32,890 bases of DNA from an uncultured Candidatus Saccharibacteria bacterium (GTDB taxonomy: Bacteria; Patescibacteriota; Saccharimonadia; Saccharimonadales; JANWIN01): positions 1 through 32,890 of the forward strand of contig CAYYAF010000002.1 of the NCBI GenBank assembly GCA_964469975.1, given 5' to 3'. Below are positions 24,877-32,573 of the stretch, in pieces. The position numbers and the translations under genes were made by a program. The notes below the pieces were generated by a model that saw nothing but the letters and a program-made list of their open reading frames with translations, ran no database searches and had not been told where the DNA came from. Numbering within the stretch: position 1 is the stretch's first letter; every line of letters begins with the position of its first letter.

Positions 24877-26216
24877 CCCGTCGCCAACTGCTTACTCTTA
24901 TAGCTACAATTATTGGTAGCGGTATTGTTATTTTGGACAGTACAGTTGTAAACGTGGCACTGCCAACTATTTCTAGGCAATTCAACGCAAATTTTGCAGA
25001 TTTGCAGTGGATAGTTGACGGCTACTTATTATCTCTTTCAGCCTTGATTTTACTAGGCGGTTCCTTGGGCGATATCTTGGGCCGTAAAAAAATATACTTA
25101 ATAGGCCTTGTAGGTTTTGGCGTAGCATCAATCTTATGCGGTATTGCGCCAAGTATAGTACTGCTGATCTTGTTCAGGTTATTGCAAGGAGTATTCGGGG
25201 CCCTACTAGTACCTGGAGGTTTAGCAATAATAAACACTAATTTTCCTGTTGATATGCGGGGCGGAGCAATTGGTCGCTGGGCGGCTTGGTCAGGTATTGC
25301 TACCGCAATTGGGCCGCCACTAGGGGGCTACATCGTAGATCATACTAGCTGGCGCTGGATATTTTTTATCAATATACCCCTTGTAGTCGTTTGCTATGTA
25401 CTTGCTAAAACTAATATCAACGAAACCAAAGACAAAAACGTGCGTCGTATTGATTACGTTGGTGCGTTTCTAGCCATGGTAGGCTTGGCTGGGACGATCT
25501 TTGGGCTTATCCAGGGCCCCACCCATAAGTGGCAACCTGTTTATATATTTTCACTAATAGCTGGGCTAGGGATATTTGTTAGTTTCTTGTGGTATGAAAG
25601 ACACATAAAAGACCCTATGGTCAAGCTCAACTTATTTAAATCATCCAATTTTAGTGGTGCCAATATTACTACTTTTGCAATGTACGGTGCCTTAAGCGGA
25701 TTTTTATTTGCTTTAGTTATACATTTACAACAAATAGCTGGGTTCTCTGGTACACAAGCCGGTTTTAGCCTGTTACCAGTAACATTTTGCTTATTCTTTC
25801 TGTCTAGTAAAATGGGTGCTTTGGCGGCTAAATACGGTCCGCGCATATTTTTAACCCTTGGCCCGATAATTGCCGGTTTTGGCATGCTAACTCTCATTAG
25901 TATTGGTGCGGACGCAAGCTATTGGACAGATGTTTTTCCAGGGGTATTGTTTTTTGGCTTCGGGTTAGCAACGTTAGTAGCACCGCTAACGGTAACAGTT
26001 ATGAGATCAGTTCCAGAAACCGAATCTGGCATAGCATCTGGTATTAATAATGCTGTCTCAAGAGTGGCCGGCTTAGTTGTCGTTGCAGTGCTTGGAATTT
26101 TAGGCGCCCAAAATGCTTACCAGTTTACTATAGTTTTATGTTCAAGCATGGCCTTTGTAGCTGGTCTGTTGTCACTTTGGCTTATTCATAATCCTGCTCA
26201 AAAAACTGCTGCTTGA
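24873..26216 (+). CDS. MFS transporter (DHA2/EmrB-like)
   Basis: Many TM segments. MFS motif [25 protein letters not shown]-terminal pattern typical of the EmrB/QacA subfamily. Confidence 0.85.
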   Translation: MTRRQLLTLIATIIGSGIVILDSTVVNVALPTISRQFNANFADLQWIVDGYLLSLSALILLGGSLGDILGRKKIYLIGLVGFGVASILCGIAPSIVLLILFRLLQGVFGALLVPGGLAIINTNFPVDMRGGAIGRWAAWSGIATAIGPPLGGYIVDHTSWRWIFFINIPLVVVCYVLAKTNINETKDKNVRRIDYVGAFLAMVGLAGTIFGLIQGPTHKWQPVYIFSLIAGLGIFVSFLWYERHIKDPMVKLNLFKSSNFSGANITTFAMYGALSGFLFALVIHLQQIAGFSGTQAGFSLLPVTFCLFFLSSKMGALAAKYGPRIFLTLGPIIAGFGMLTLISIGADASYWTDVFPGVLFFGFGLATLVAPLTVTVMRSVPETESGIASGINNAVSRVAGLVVVAVLGILGAQNAYQFTIVLCSSMAFVAGLLSLWLIHNPAQKTAA

Positions 26217-26251
26217 AGCTACTTATTTATAGATATTAACCCCAGTAAACT

Positions 26252-26260
26252 CTGTTATAA
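26252..26260 (+). promoter_or_regulatory. Extended -10 element TGTTATAAT ahead of the atp-associated operon, overlapped by a 7-bp inverted repeat
   Basis: TGTTATAAT at 26252-26260. Inverted repeat CTGTTAT (26251-26257) / ATAACAG (26271-26277). About 30 nt upstream of the 26289 ATG. Confidence 0.4.
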
Positions 26261-26288
26261 TAAGCGTAAGAATAACAGCAGGTAAAAA

Positions 26289-27110
26289 ATGAAAATTATT
26301 CGAAAGCTCTACCTAATAAATATATTGGTGCTTTTTGGTTTGTTGGCGGTGCCCATAAGCACAAAGGCTGTTACTTTATTATCACAAGGTTATTTAAGCG
26401 ATAAAAACATTCCGGTTGGTTCAATAGTAAGTTTACGCAAGGATTCTTCGGACTTCGTGGATGCCTCAACAATTGATAACGCTAGCAACCTTTTTGGTGT
26501 TGTTATAGATGGTAGTAATTCCCAGCTAATACTTTCATCGGGTAAATCTAAACAAGTACAAGTTTCCACCAACGGAGTTAACCAAGTTTTAGTATCGGAT
26601 ATTAACGGTAAAATTGAGCCGGGTGATTCAATTACGGCTTCACCAATTGGTGGTGTGGGTATGAAAGCCACTGATAACGCTAAAGTTATAGGGGCAGCCC
26701 AGGAAGGGTTCCCGAATAGCACGGGTTCTAAGCAAGAGTACAAGGATAAAAAAGGTCAAACCCACTCAGTTACGCTTGGCCAGATTCCGGTTCTGGTAAG
26801 TGTTACATATTACTATAAACAGCCAAACAAAACCCTTATTCCGTCGGCCATTCAAAATATCGCCAACGCCTTGGCCGGTAAAGACGTAAAAACTTTACCT
26901 ATCCTCATAAGCATGGGTATATTCATTGTGACTCTGGTTATGGTTGTCAGTATAATATATGCAATGATCCGTAGCAGTATTATTTCGGTGGGGCGGAATC
27001 CTATGGCCCAGTCGGCAATTTATCGTAATGTTTTGCAGCTTTCAGCATTAGTAGTAGTTATTTTGGGGGTGGCGGTGGTTTCCATTTATATGGTGCTAGC
27101 CAAGTTCTAG
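26289..27110 (+). CDS. Secreted domain fused to a C-terminal two-TM hairpin resembling an F-type ATPase c subunit (no carboxylate)
   Basis: Signal peptide (KLYLINILVLFGLLAVPISTKA), then a roughly 190-aa S/G/V-rich ectodomain. This is followed by TM1, the loop SVGRNPMAQSAIYRN and TM2. The loop resembles the c-subunit ARQPE......R.Q polar loop. The gene sits immediately upstream of atpF. Confidence 0.5.
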   Translation: MKIIRKLYLINILVLFGLLAVPISTKAVTLLSQGYLSDKNIPVGSIVSLRKDSSDFVDASTIDNASNLFGVVIDGSNSQLILSSGKSKQVQVSTNGVNQVLVSDINGKIEPGDSITASPIGGVGMKATDNAKVIGAAQEGFPNSTGSKQEYKDKKGQTHSVTLGQIPVLVSVTYYYKQPNKTLIPSAIQNIANALAGKDVKTLPILISMGIFIVTLVMVVSIIYAMIRSSIISVGRNPMAQSAIYRNVLQLSALVVVILGVAVVSIYMVLAKF

Positions 27111-27111
27111 C

Positions 27112-27783
27112 ATGTCAACTACCGTATTTATTCAAATAATCTTGCTCTTGAACGTTTTTATAATTGGCACTTTAACGCCGCTCATTATTAGATATGCCCG
27201 GGCCCATTTTGGGTCAGATAAAAATGAACCTGAGCCTGAAACTCACCCAGCCACTGATGATCAAACAGTACATTTATCGGCCTCTGCCAAGGACCATTTA
27301 TTAAAAGAAGCCGAATCCAAATTCCACGCTTCGCTTGAACATTCAGTTTCAAAGCTAAGCCACGATTTAAACACTACATCCCAGCAAGTAGACAATTTAG
27401 TTAAGCACTTAGCTACGGAAATTGTTGGCAACGAGCTAGAACGTTACAGAAACGAACTAGCCCAACTGCGCAAAAAGGCCGAAGAGGATATGAATAACGT
27501 AAAAACAGTTATAAACGACCATCAGGCTGAACTTAAGGCTGGCATTGAACAGGAAATTCAGGCTGAGCGTCAGAAGATGATTGAACAACTAGAGGCCGAA
27601 AAACAACATCTAACCGAGCAAATTAATACGAAACTAGCGGATGCCGTAGCTTCATTTTTACTTGAGGCGTTGGGACACAATGTTGATTTAGGTAGCCAGA
27701 GCGCTTATTTAACTTCACTACTAGAAGAGCATAAAGCTGATTTTATTAAAGAGGTATCTGATGAAAATCAACCTGCCCAGTAG
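27112..27783 (+). CDS. atpF: F-type ATPase subunit b (peripheral stalk), divergent
   Basis: One N-terminal TM segment, then a long charged coiled-coil (E/K/Q-rich). Its position is directly upstream of the delta subunit gene. Confidence 0.6.
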   Translation: MSTTVFIQIILLLNVFIIGTLTPLIIRYARAHFGSDKNEPEPETHPATDDQTVHLSASAKDHLLKEAESKFHASLEHSVSKLSHDLNTTSQQVDNLVKHLATEIVGNELERYRNELAQLRKKAEEDMNNVKTVINDHQAELKAGIEQEIQAERQKMIEQLEAEKQHLTEQINTKLADAVASFLLEALGHNVDLGSQSAYLTSLLEEHKADFIKEVSDENQPAQ

Positions 27784-28246
27784 CGTAGTATCACGCCAAG
27801 ATTTACAGACAATAATTATAGAAGTTCGTAAATATGCCCATTGGTACGGCCAGACAGCTGTTAAGCAGCATTTTTCTAATGAAGATTCTAAAGACCAGCC
27901 AGAAGTTTCACCAGATACAGTAAGCATTATTAAAGAATGGGATAAAGATCAGCCAATAAACCAGGAAAGTCTAGACCAGCTTATTAATGCTTTAGATGAA
28001 ATTGCCAAATCTAGCCCGCAAATCTCTATTACTTTAGCAGCCGTGCCGCCTAATAGCTTAAAAAAAGATTTAGCTGCTTGGTGCCGCAAAAATATTAACC
28101 AAAATGCACTTGTTAACTTTAAATTTAATGCCACTATTTTGGGCGGCATGGTTATTAATTACGGGAGTCATATATTTGATTGGTCATTTAAGCGTCAGAT
28201 ATTAGCTAAACGCGGAAGTTTTCCCGAGGTACTTCGTAATGTTTGA
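27761..28246 (+). CDS. atpH: F-type ATPase subunit delta (OSCP), divergent N-terminal half
   Basis: C-terminal pattern ...ALVNFKFNATILGGMVINYGSHIFDWSFKRQI matches the OSCP motif (V.....IGG..V..GD...D.S.....L). It lies between atpF and atpA. Confidence 0.65.
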   Translation: MKINLPSSVVSRQDLQTIIIEVRKYAHWYGQTAVKQHFSNEDSKDQPEVSPDTVSIIKEWDKDQPINQESLDQLINALDEIAKSSPQISITLAAVPPNSLKKDLAAWCRKNINQNALVNFKFNATILGGMVINYGSHIFDWSFKRQILAKRGSFPEVLRNV

Positions 28247-28272
28247 TAGCGGCTTTGTTAACACTTCGCCTT

Positions 28273-28342
28273 ATGAGAAACCCCTTCGCGGTTTCTCATC
28301 GCGCCGTGCAAAAAATGCGATTTTTGCTCGGGCTTCTCTTCC
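28273..28342 (+). repeat. Dispersed intergenic structured repeat, copy C (atpH-atpA spacer)
   Basis: A perfect 10-bp hairpin ATGAGAAACC (28273-28282) / GGTTTCTCAT (28290-28299). Then an 8-nt spacer, a 7-bp hairpin GCAAAAA/TTTTTGC (28308-28314 / 28321-28327), a 3-nt spacer and GGCTTCTCTTCC (28331-28342). It abuts the atpA GGAGG. Confidence 0.65.
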
Positions 28343-28356
28343 GGAGGAATGGCATA

Positions 28357-29883
28357 ATGTTTGATAATCAAAACTTCCAACAGCTAGTAGAAGCTGGTCA
28401 GCTAACCGGTGAAGTTGTGGCCGTTAATAGTTTTATAGTAGAAGTTAAAGGACTTGAAGGTGTTCGGCTTGGCGCTCAAGTGCTATTTGAAGATGGACAA
28501 CATGGTTTAGTCCGTGAGGCATACGGTGACCAAGTAATACTTTTTAATATTGATTCAGAAAGACTAGAACTAGGCACTCTTGCGGTGGTCGAAAAAGATC
28601 TATTAAGTATACCGGTAGGCAAAGAATTAGTTGGTAGGATTGTTTCGCCTATGGGTGAGCCACTTGATGGCAAAGGCTCAATTACCGCCAAAGATACGTC
28701 TGGTATTTTCAATGCTGCACCTGGCATTATGGACCGCGTAATGTTAAACGAACAGTTGGCCAGTGGCGTGGCCGCAGTAGATATGTTTTTCCCAATAGTA
28801 CTAGGCCAAAGAATTGCCATTTTAGGTGACAGTAAGTCCGGAAAAAGTACTTTTTTAAGCCAGCTAAGTGCTAGCCAAGAGGGTACGAACCGAATTGTAA
28901 TTTATGTTATGGTTGGCAAACGTAAAGTTGACATTGAGGCACTGCTATCGGGACTCAAAAAATCAGGCGCCATGGAACATACCATTGTAGTACTAGCCGA
29001 CATTTTTGACTCTTTGACACAAGCTTATTTAGCACCTTATGCCGGTTGTGCAATGGCTGAATATCTTTGGTATAACGGCCAAGACGTAATAATAATTTAC
29101 GATGATCTAAGCAGTCATGCTGAAGCCTACCGTCAACTTTCACTTTTGCAAGAAGTTGATCCGGGACGTGATTCTTATCCTGGCGATATGTTTTATGCTC
29201 ACTCGTCACTTCTAGAACGAGCTGGTAAGCTAAAAAGTAATAATAGATCACTAACTGCACTACCTGTAGTTGTAACGCCCAATGATGATATTACAGCCTA
29301 CCTTTCCACAAGTATTATGTCTATTACTGATGGTCAGATTATTTTTGATTTAGGTGTGTTTAGGCAAGGTATTCGGCCAGCCGTTAATTCAGGCCTGTCA
29401 GTTTCGCGTGTTGGTGGTCAATCACAAACTAAGCGCCAGAAAAAAACTACAGGCAACTTATTTAAAGCGCTAGCAAAATATCATCAGGCAGAAGAATTTT
29501 CACACTTTGGTTCCAGATTATCAAAAGAAGCAGGCATTGATTTGTTACAAGGTAAGCAAATTTATAAAGCCTTACAGCAGCCTCCGGAAGTTCTCCGAAC
29601 CATAACTGAACAACAGCTAATACTAGAAACTATTATTTTAGGTGCTGGTAAAAATGAACTTGATGTAGACAATCTAAAAGAATCTGCCAAACAGCTTGCA
29701 CCAAACATTAAAAGTGATGAAGATTTTGACAGAACCGAAACCGAACTATTACAAAAGCATACAATTCATCCTAAGCCAGATAAAACACAGCACGCCCCGC
29801 AACCCGCCGGTCAACAAGTTTCCACACCAACAACTGCCCAGCCGGCAGCTAAGCATGAGGAAAAAGCACATGAGAAAAGCTAA
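28357..29883 (+). CDS. atpA: F-type ATPase subunit alpha
   Basis: Start set at the ATG at 28357, which has GGAGG 9 nt upstream. The longer ORF from 28243 would translate the intergenic repeat. Conserved PGRDSYPGDMFYAHSSLLERAG and ITDGQIIF......G.RPAVN.GLSVSRVGG. The P-loop is GDSKSGKST. Confidence 0.92.
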   Translation: MFDNQNFQQLVEAGQLTGEVVAVNSFIVEVKGLEGVRLGAQVLFEDGQHGLVREAYGDQVILFNIDSERLELGTLAVVEKDLLSIPVGKELVGRIVSPMGEPLDGKGSITAKDTSGIFNAAPGIMDRVMLNEQLASGVAAVDMFFPIVLGQRIAILGDSKSGKSTFLSQLSASQEGTNRIVIYVMVGKRKVDIEALLSGLKKSGAMEHTIVVLADIFDSLTQAYLAPYAGCAMAEYLWYNGQDVIIIYDDLSSHAEAYRQLSLLQEVDPGRDSYPGDMFYAHSSLLERAGKLKSNNRSLTALPVVVTPNDDITAYLSTSIMSITDGQIIFDLGVFRQGIRPAVNSGLSVSRVGGQSQTKRQKKTTGNLFKALAKYHQAEEFSHFGSRLSKEAGIDLLQGKQIYKALQQPPEVLRTITEQQLILETIILGAGKNELDVDNLKESAKQLAPNIKSDEDFDRTETELLQKHTIHPKPDKTQHAPQPAGQQVSTPTTAQPAAKHEEKAHEKS

Positions 29884-30733
29884 CGTTATTCTAAAAGAAA
29901 CCGAACAAATCGGTACTGTCGAAGACTTAACGGCCGTCTTTGAAACTATTGCCAGCACCCAGGTGGCTAAAATTAAGGACAAGGTCCAATTATCTAAAGA
30001 TTTTTTCCAACTATTGTGGCGACGCTATAGCTCTATAAGGGTAGATCCTGGCTCACGCATTACAAGTCGTGAGTTGGGAGAGCACAGCGGCAAAAAAGTT
30101 TTTATAATAATTTCTGCCGAAACTGGCTTAAGTGGTGATATTGATGAACGTTTAATTGAAACAATGTTACAAAAATATGATGCATCCAACACGGACATAG
30201 TTGTTCTGGGCAGTCATGGCGCTACACAGCTTAGTGAAAGGGGTATTCCATACAAACATTATTTTCAAGTTCCCGAAAGTGAAAGCTATATTGACGTAAG
30301 CCCAGTTATTAATGCCATTAGCTCCTATTCTCAGATCACTGTCTACTACGAAGAATATGTCTCGCTTGGTGTGCAAGACATCAAATCGATAGATTTAATT
30401 TCGACTCTACAAGAGATGACAAAAGGTGCTGATACAGACGAAGATATTATTACTACCGCCGAAACCATTTTTGAACCTTCACTAGATGAAATTGCTGATC
30501 AAATGGAAATAACCATGATGACACTGGCTTTTAGCCAGGCTATTTTGGAATCTGGTTTAGCCCAAAGTGCTAGCCGCTTTAATGCCATGGCCCAAGCCAA
30601 AAAACGGGCCTTTGAGCTTATAAGTTTACAAAAACTAGAATATCACCGCTCCAAACGGTCTGAAGGTGATAGACGGCTACGTGAAGTTATGATTAGCCTA
30701 AAAAGACGCAAAAAGAAGGCTGGTAAAAAATGA
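29870..30733 (+). CDS. atpG: F-type ATPase subunit gamma
   Basis: N-terminal helix (I......VEDLT.VFETIASTQV.K) and C-terminal helix (A.SASRFNAMAQA...A..LI..L....HRSKRSE). The ATG at 29870 (or 29855) overlaps the atpA 3' end. The track's 29696 start would lie inside atpA. Confidence 0.85.
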   Translation: MRKANVILKETEQIGTVEDLTAVFETIASTQVAKIKDKVQLSKDFFQLLWRRYSSIRVDPGSRITSRELGEHSGKKVFIIISAETGLSGDIDERLIETMLQKYDASNTDIVVLGSHGATQLSERGIPYKHYFQVPESESYIDVSPVINAISSYSQITVYYEEYVSLGVQDIKSIDLISTLQEMTKGADTDEDIITTAETIFEPSLDEIADQMEITMMTLAFSQAILESGLAQSASRFNAMAQAKKRAFELISLQKLEYHRSKRSEGDRRLREVMISLKRRKKKAGKK

Positions 30734-32307
30734 AAATGCCAAATGATAACAACCCAGAGGGAAGAGTAGGCGTAATAAAATCATTACGTGGCCTTATGGT
30801 TGAAGTAGAAATTATTGGTGAACGGCCTCAAGACCGCGAGCTTTTAACTGTGGATGACTATCCAGACGTTTCACTTGAGGTTAATTTTTTCAAAGCCAAT
30901 GTAGCCGTCTGCGTGAATTTAAACAATAGCCAGGTTTTACGCTGCGGGCAAACAGTTACCAGGAGCAAAAATAAAGTTAGCGTTCCAGTAGGCCAGGGCA
31001 CGCTTGGCCGAGTCTTTAATCCGCTTGGTGAACCGCTAGATGACGGGCCTGTCATTCACGAAAACCGCCGCAATATTAGCGAGGCCAGCGGTATAAAAAA
31101 ATATCGCGGTGAAGAAAAACTTGAGCTACTAGAAACAGGGTTGAAAGTTATTGATTTCATGACGCCATTCGTTAAGGGACGTAAAATTGGTATTGTTGGT
31201 GGTGCCGGTGTAGGCAAGTCAGTTCTAACCATGGAAATGATTCATAACGTCACACAAGGCCAAAAAAATGCCTTGTCAATTTACTGTGGTGTTGGTGAAC
31301 GTATTCGTGAGGGTAACGAGCTTTATGAAACTCTGAAAGAATCCGATGTGCTTAAAAATACTATTATGTTCTTTGGGCAAATGGACTCCACACCGTCTAT
31401 TCGTTCCATGGTTGGCCCGGCAGCAGCTACAGCGGCGGAGTATTTTAGAGACGAGGAGGGTGGCCATGATATCTTGTTCTTTGTTGACAATATTTATCGT
31501 CACATCCAGGCTTTAACCGAGCTTTCTACCAACCTAGGCCTTATTCCATCAGAAGGTGGTTATACACCCAAGGTTTTCTCTGAACTCCGCCGTTTACAAG
31601 ACCGTTTAAGTTCGTCAGAACATGGTTCAATTACATCGGTACAAGCAGTTTATATCCCAGCAGACGACCTAAGTGACCCAGCCGTGCAGGCTATTTCGCA
31701 GCAGCTAGATTCAGTTTTGGTACTATCGCGTGCTATTGCCGAAAGCGGTATTCGCCCAGCCGTGGATTTACTTAAAACTACCTCATCACTATTGACCCCC
31801 CAAATTGTCGGCCAGCGCCATTACGATTTAGCCGGTAGAGTCCAAGCCATAATGCAGAAGTATGATTCGCTAAAAAACATTATTGCTATTGTGGGTGAAA
31901 ATGAATTATCACCGACCGATCGTGCAGACTACCAAAGCGCAAAAAAGTTAATTGAATTTTTCTCTCAGGATTTTAATGTAGCCGAACATTTAACCGGTAA
32001 ACCTGGCGAATATTTTACGCGTGAACAAACTTTAGATGGTATAGAAGCCATTATAAGTGGAGGCACAATAGAAAATATTGAAAAAATTGTGGGTGCTAAA
32101 AAATCATCAGAACCGGAAAAGCCCGAAGAACAAACACCCTCGTCTTCGCAAGTAACCCAGGAGCAAAAGCCAGCTCCGCCTCCAGCGGGGCCACCGCAGG
32201 CACAAGATCAACATACTCCCACTACGCAAACACATGATGCCAAAACAGGCCAATCAACTGCTAACGCAGTAGCTCAAACAATTGACTTCACAAAGAACAT
32301 ACAATGA
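30730..32307 (+). CDS. atpD: F-type ATPase subunit beta with a 69-aa low-complexity C-terminal extension
   Basis: P-loop GGAGVGKSV, GVGERIREG and a DELSD-like ADDLSDPA. Start overlaps the atpG stop (ATGA). Confidence 0.93.
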   Translation: MKMPNDNNPEGRVGVIKSLRGLMVEVEIIGERPQDRELLTVDDYPDVSLEVNFFKANVAVCVNLNNSQVLRCGQTVTRSKNKVSVPVGQGTLGRVFNPLGEPLDDGPVIHENRRNISEASGIKKYRGEEKLELLETGLKVIDFMTPFVKGRKIGIVGGAGVGKSVLTMEMIHNVTQGQKNALSIYCGVGERIREGNELYETLKESDVLKNTIMFFGQMDSTPSIRSMVGPAAATAAEYFRDEEGGHDILFFVDNIYRHIQALTELSTNLGLIPSEGGYTPKVFSELRRLQDRLSSSEHGSITSVQAVYIPADDLSDPAVQAISQQLDSVLVLSRAIAESGIRPAVDLLKTTSSLLTPQIVGQRHYDLAGRVQAIMQKYDSLKNIIAIVGENELSPTDRADYQSAKKLIEFFSQDFNVAEHLTGKPGEYFTREQTLDGIEAIISGGTIENIEKIVGAKKSSEPEKPEEQTPSSSQVTQEQKPAPPPAGPPQAQDQHTPTTQTHDAKTGQSTANAVAQTIDFTKNIQ

Positions 32308-32567
32308 ACAAGCCAACCGACCCAGCTATATTAAGTGTAATTGCCCGCGCGCCATTCCATATATATTATGAAGGGAAGGCTAAGATGGTATCGGGCGAAA
32401 ATAGTGTGGGCAAATTCGATATTTTACCCGGTCATGCTGATTTTTTTTCAGTTATGAGTCAAGGTGAAGTGATTATTGATACTGAAGGCGACGAAGTAAA
32501 TTTTAAAATTAGCAACGGTATTATTAGCGTGCGAAGTGACGAGGTCATAATGTTTGTCAATATATAA
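32304..32567 (+). CDS. atpC: F-type ATPase subunit epsilon, N-terminal beta-sandwich domain only
   Basis: 87 aa. The G.F.ILPGHA.F........V......G.......S.G.......V pattern matches the epsilon N-terminal domain. Start overlaps the atpD stop. Confidence 0.75.
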   Translation: MNKPTDPAILSVIARAPFHIYYEGKAKMVSGENSVGKFDILPGHADFFSVMSQGEVIIDTEGDEVNFKISNGIISVRSDEVIMFVNI

Positions 32568-32573
32568 GTAAAC

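Noticed and set aside
28243-28356. N-terminal 38-aa extension of atpA as given in the ORF track (MIAALLTLRLMRNPFAVSHRAVQKMRFLLGLLFRRNGI).
   Set aside because: The extension is the translation of repeat copy C. The conserved alpha N-terminus begins at the ATG at 28357, which has a GGAGG at proper spacing.
29696-29869. 58-aa N-terminal extension of atpG in the ORF track.
   Set aside because: It lies inside the atpA coding region in another frame. The gamma N-terminal helix begins right after the ATG at 29870 (or 29855).
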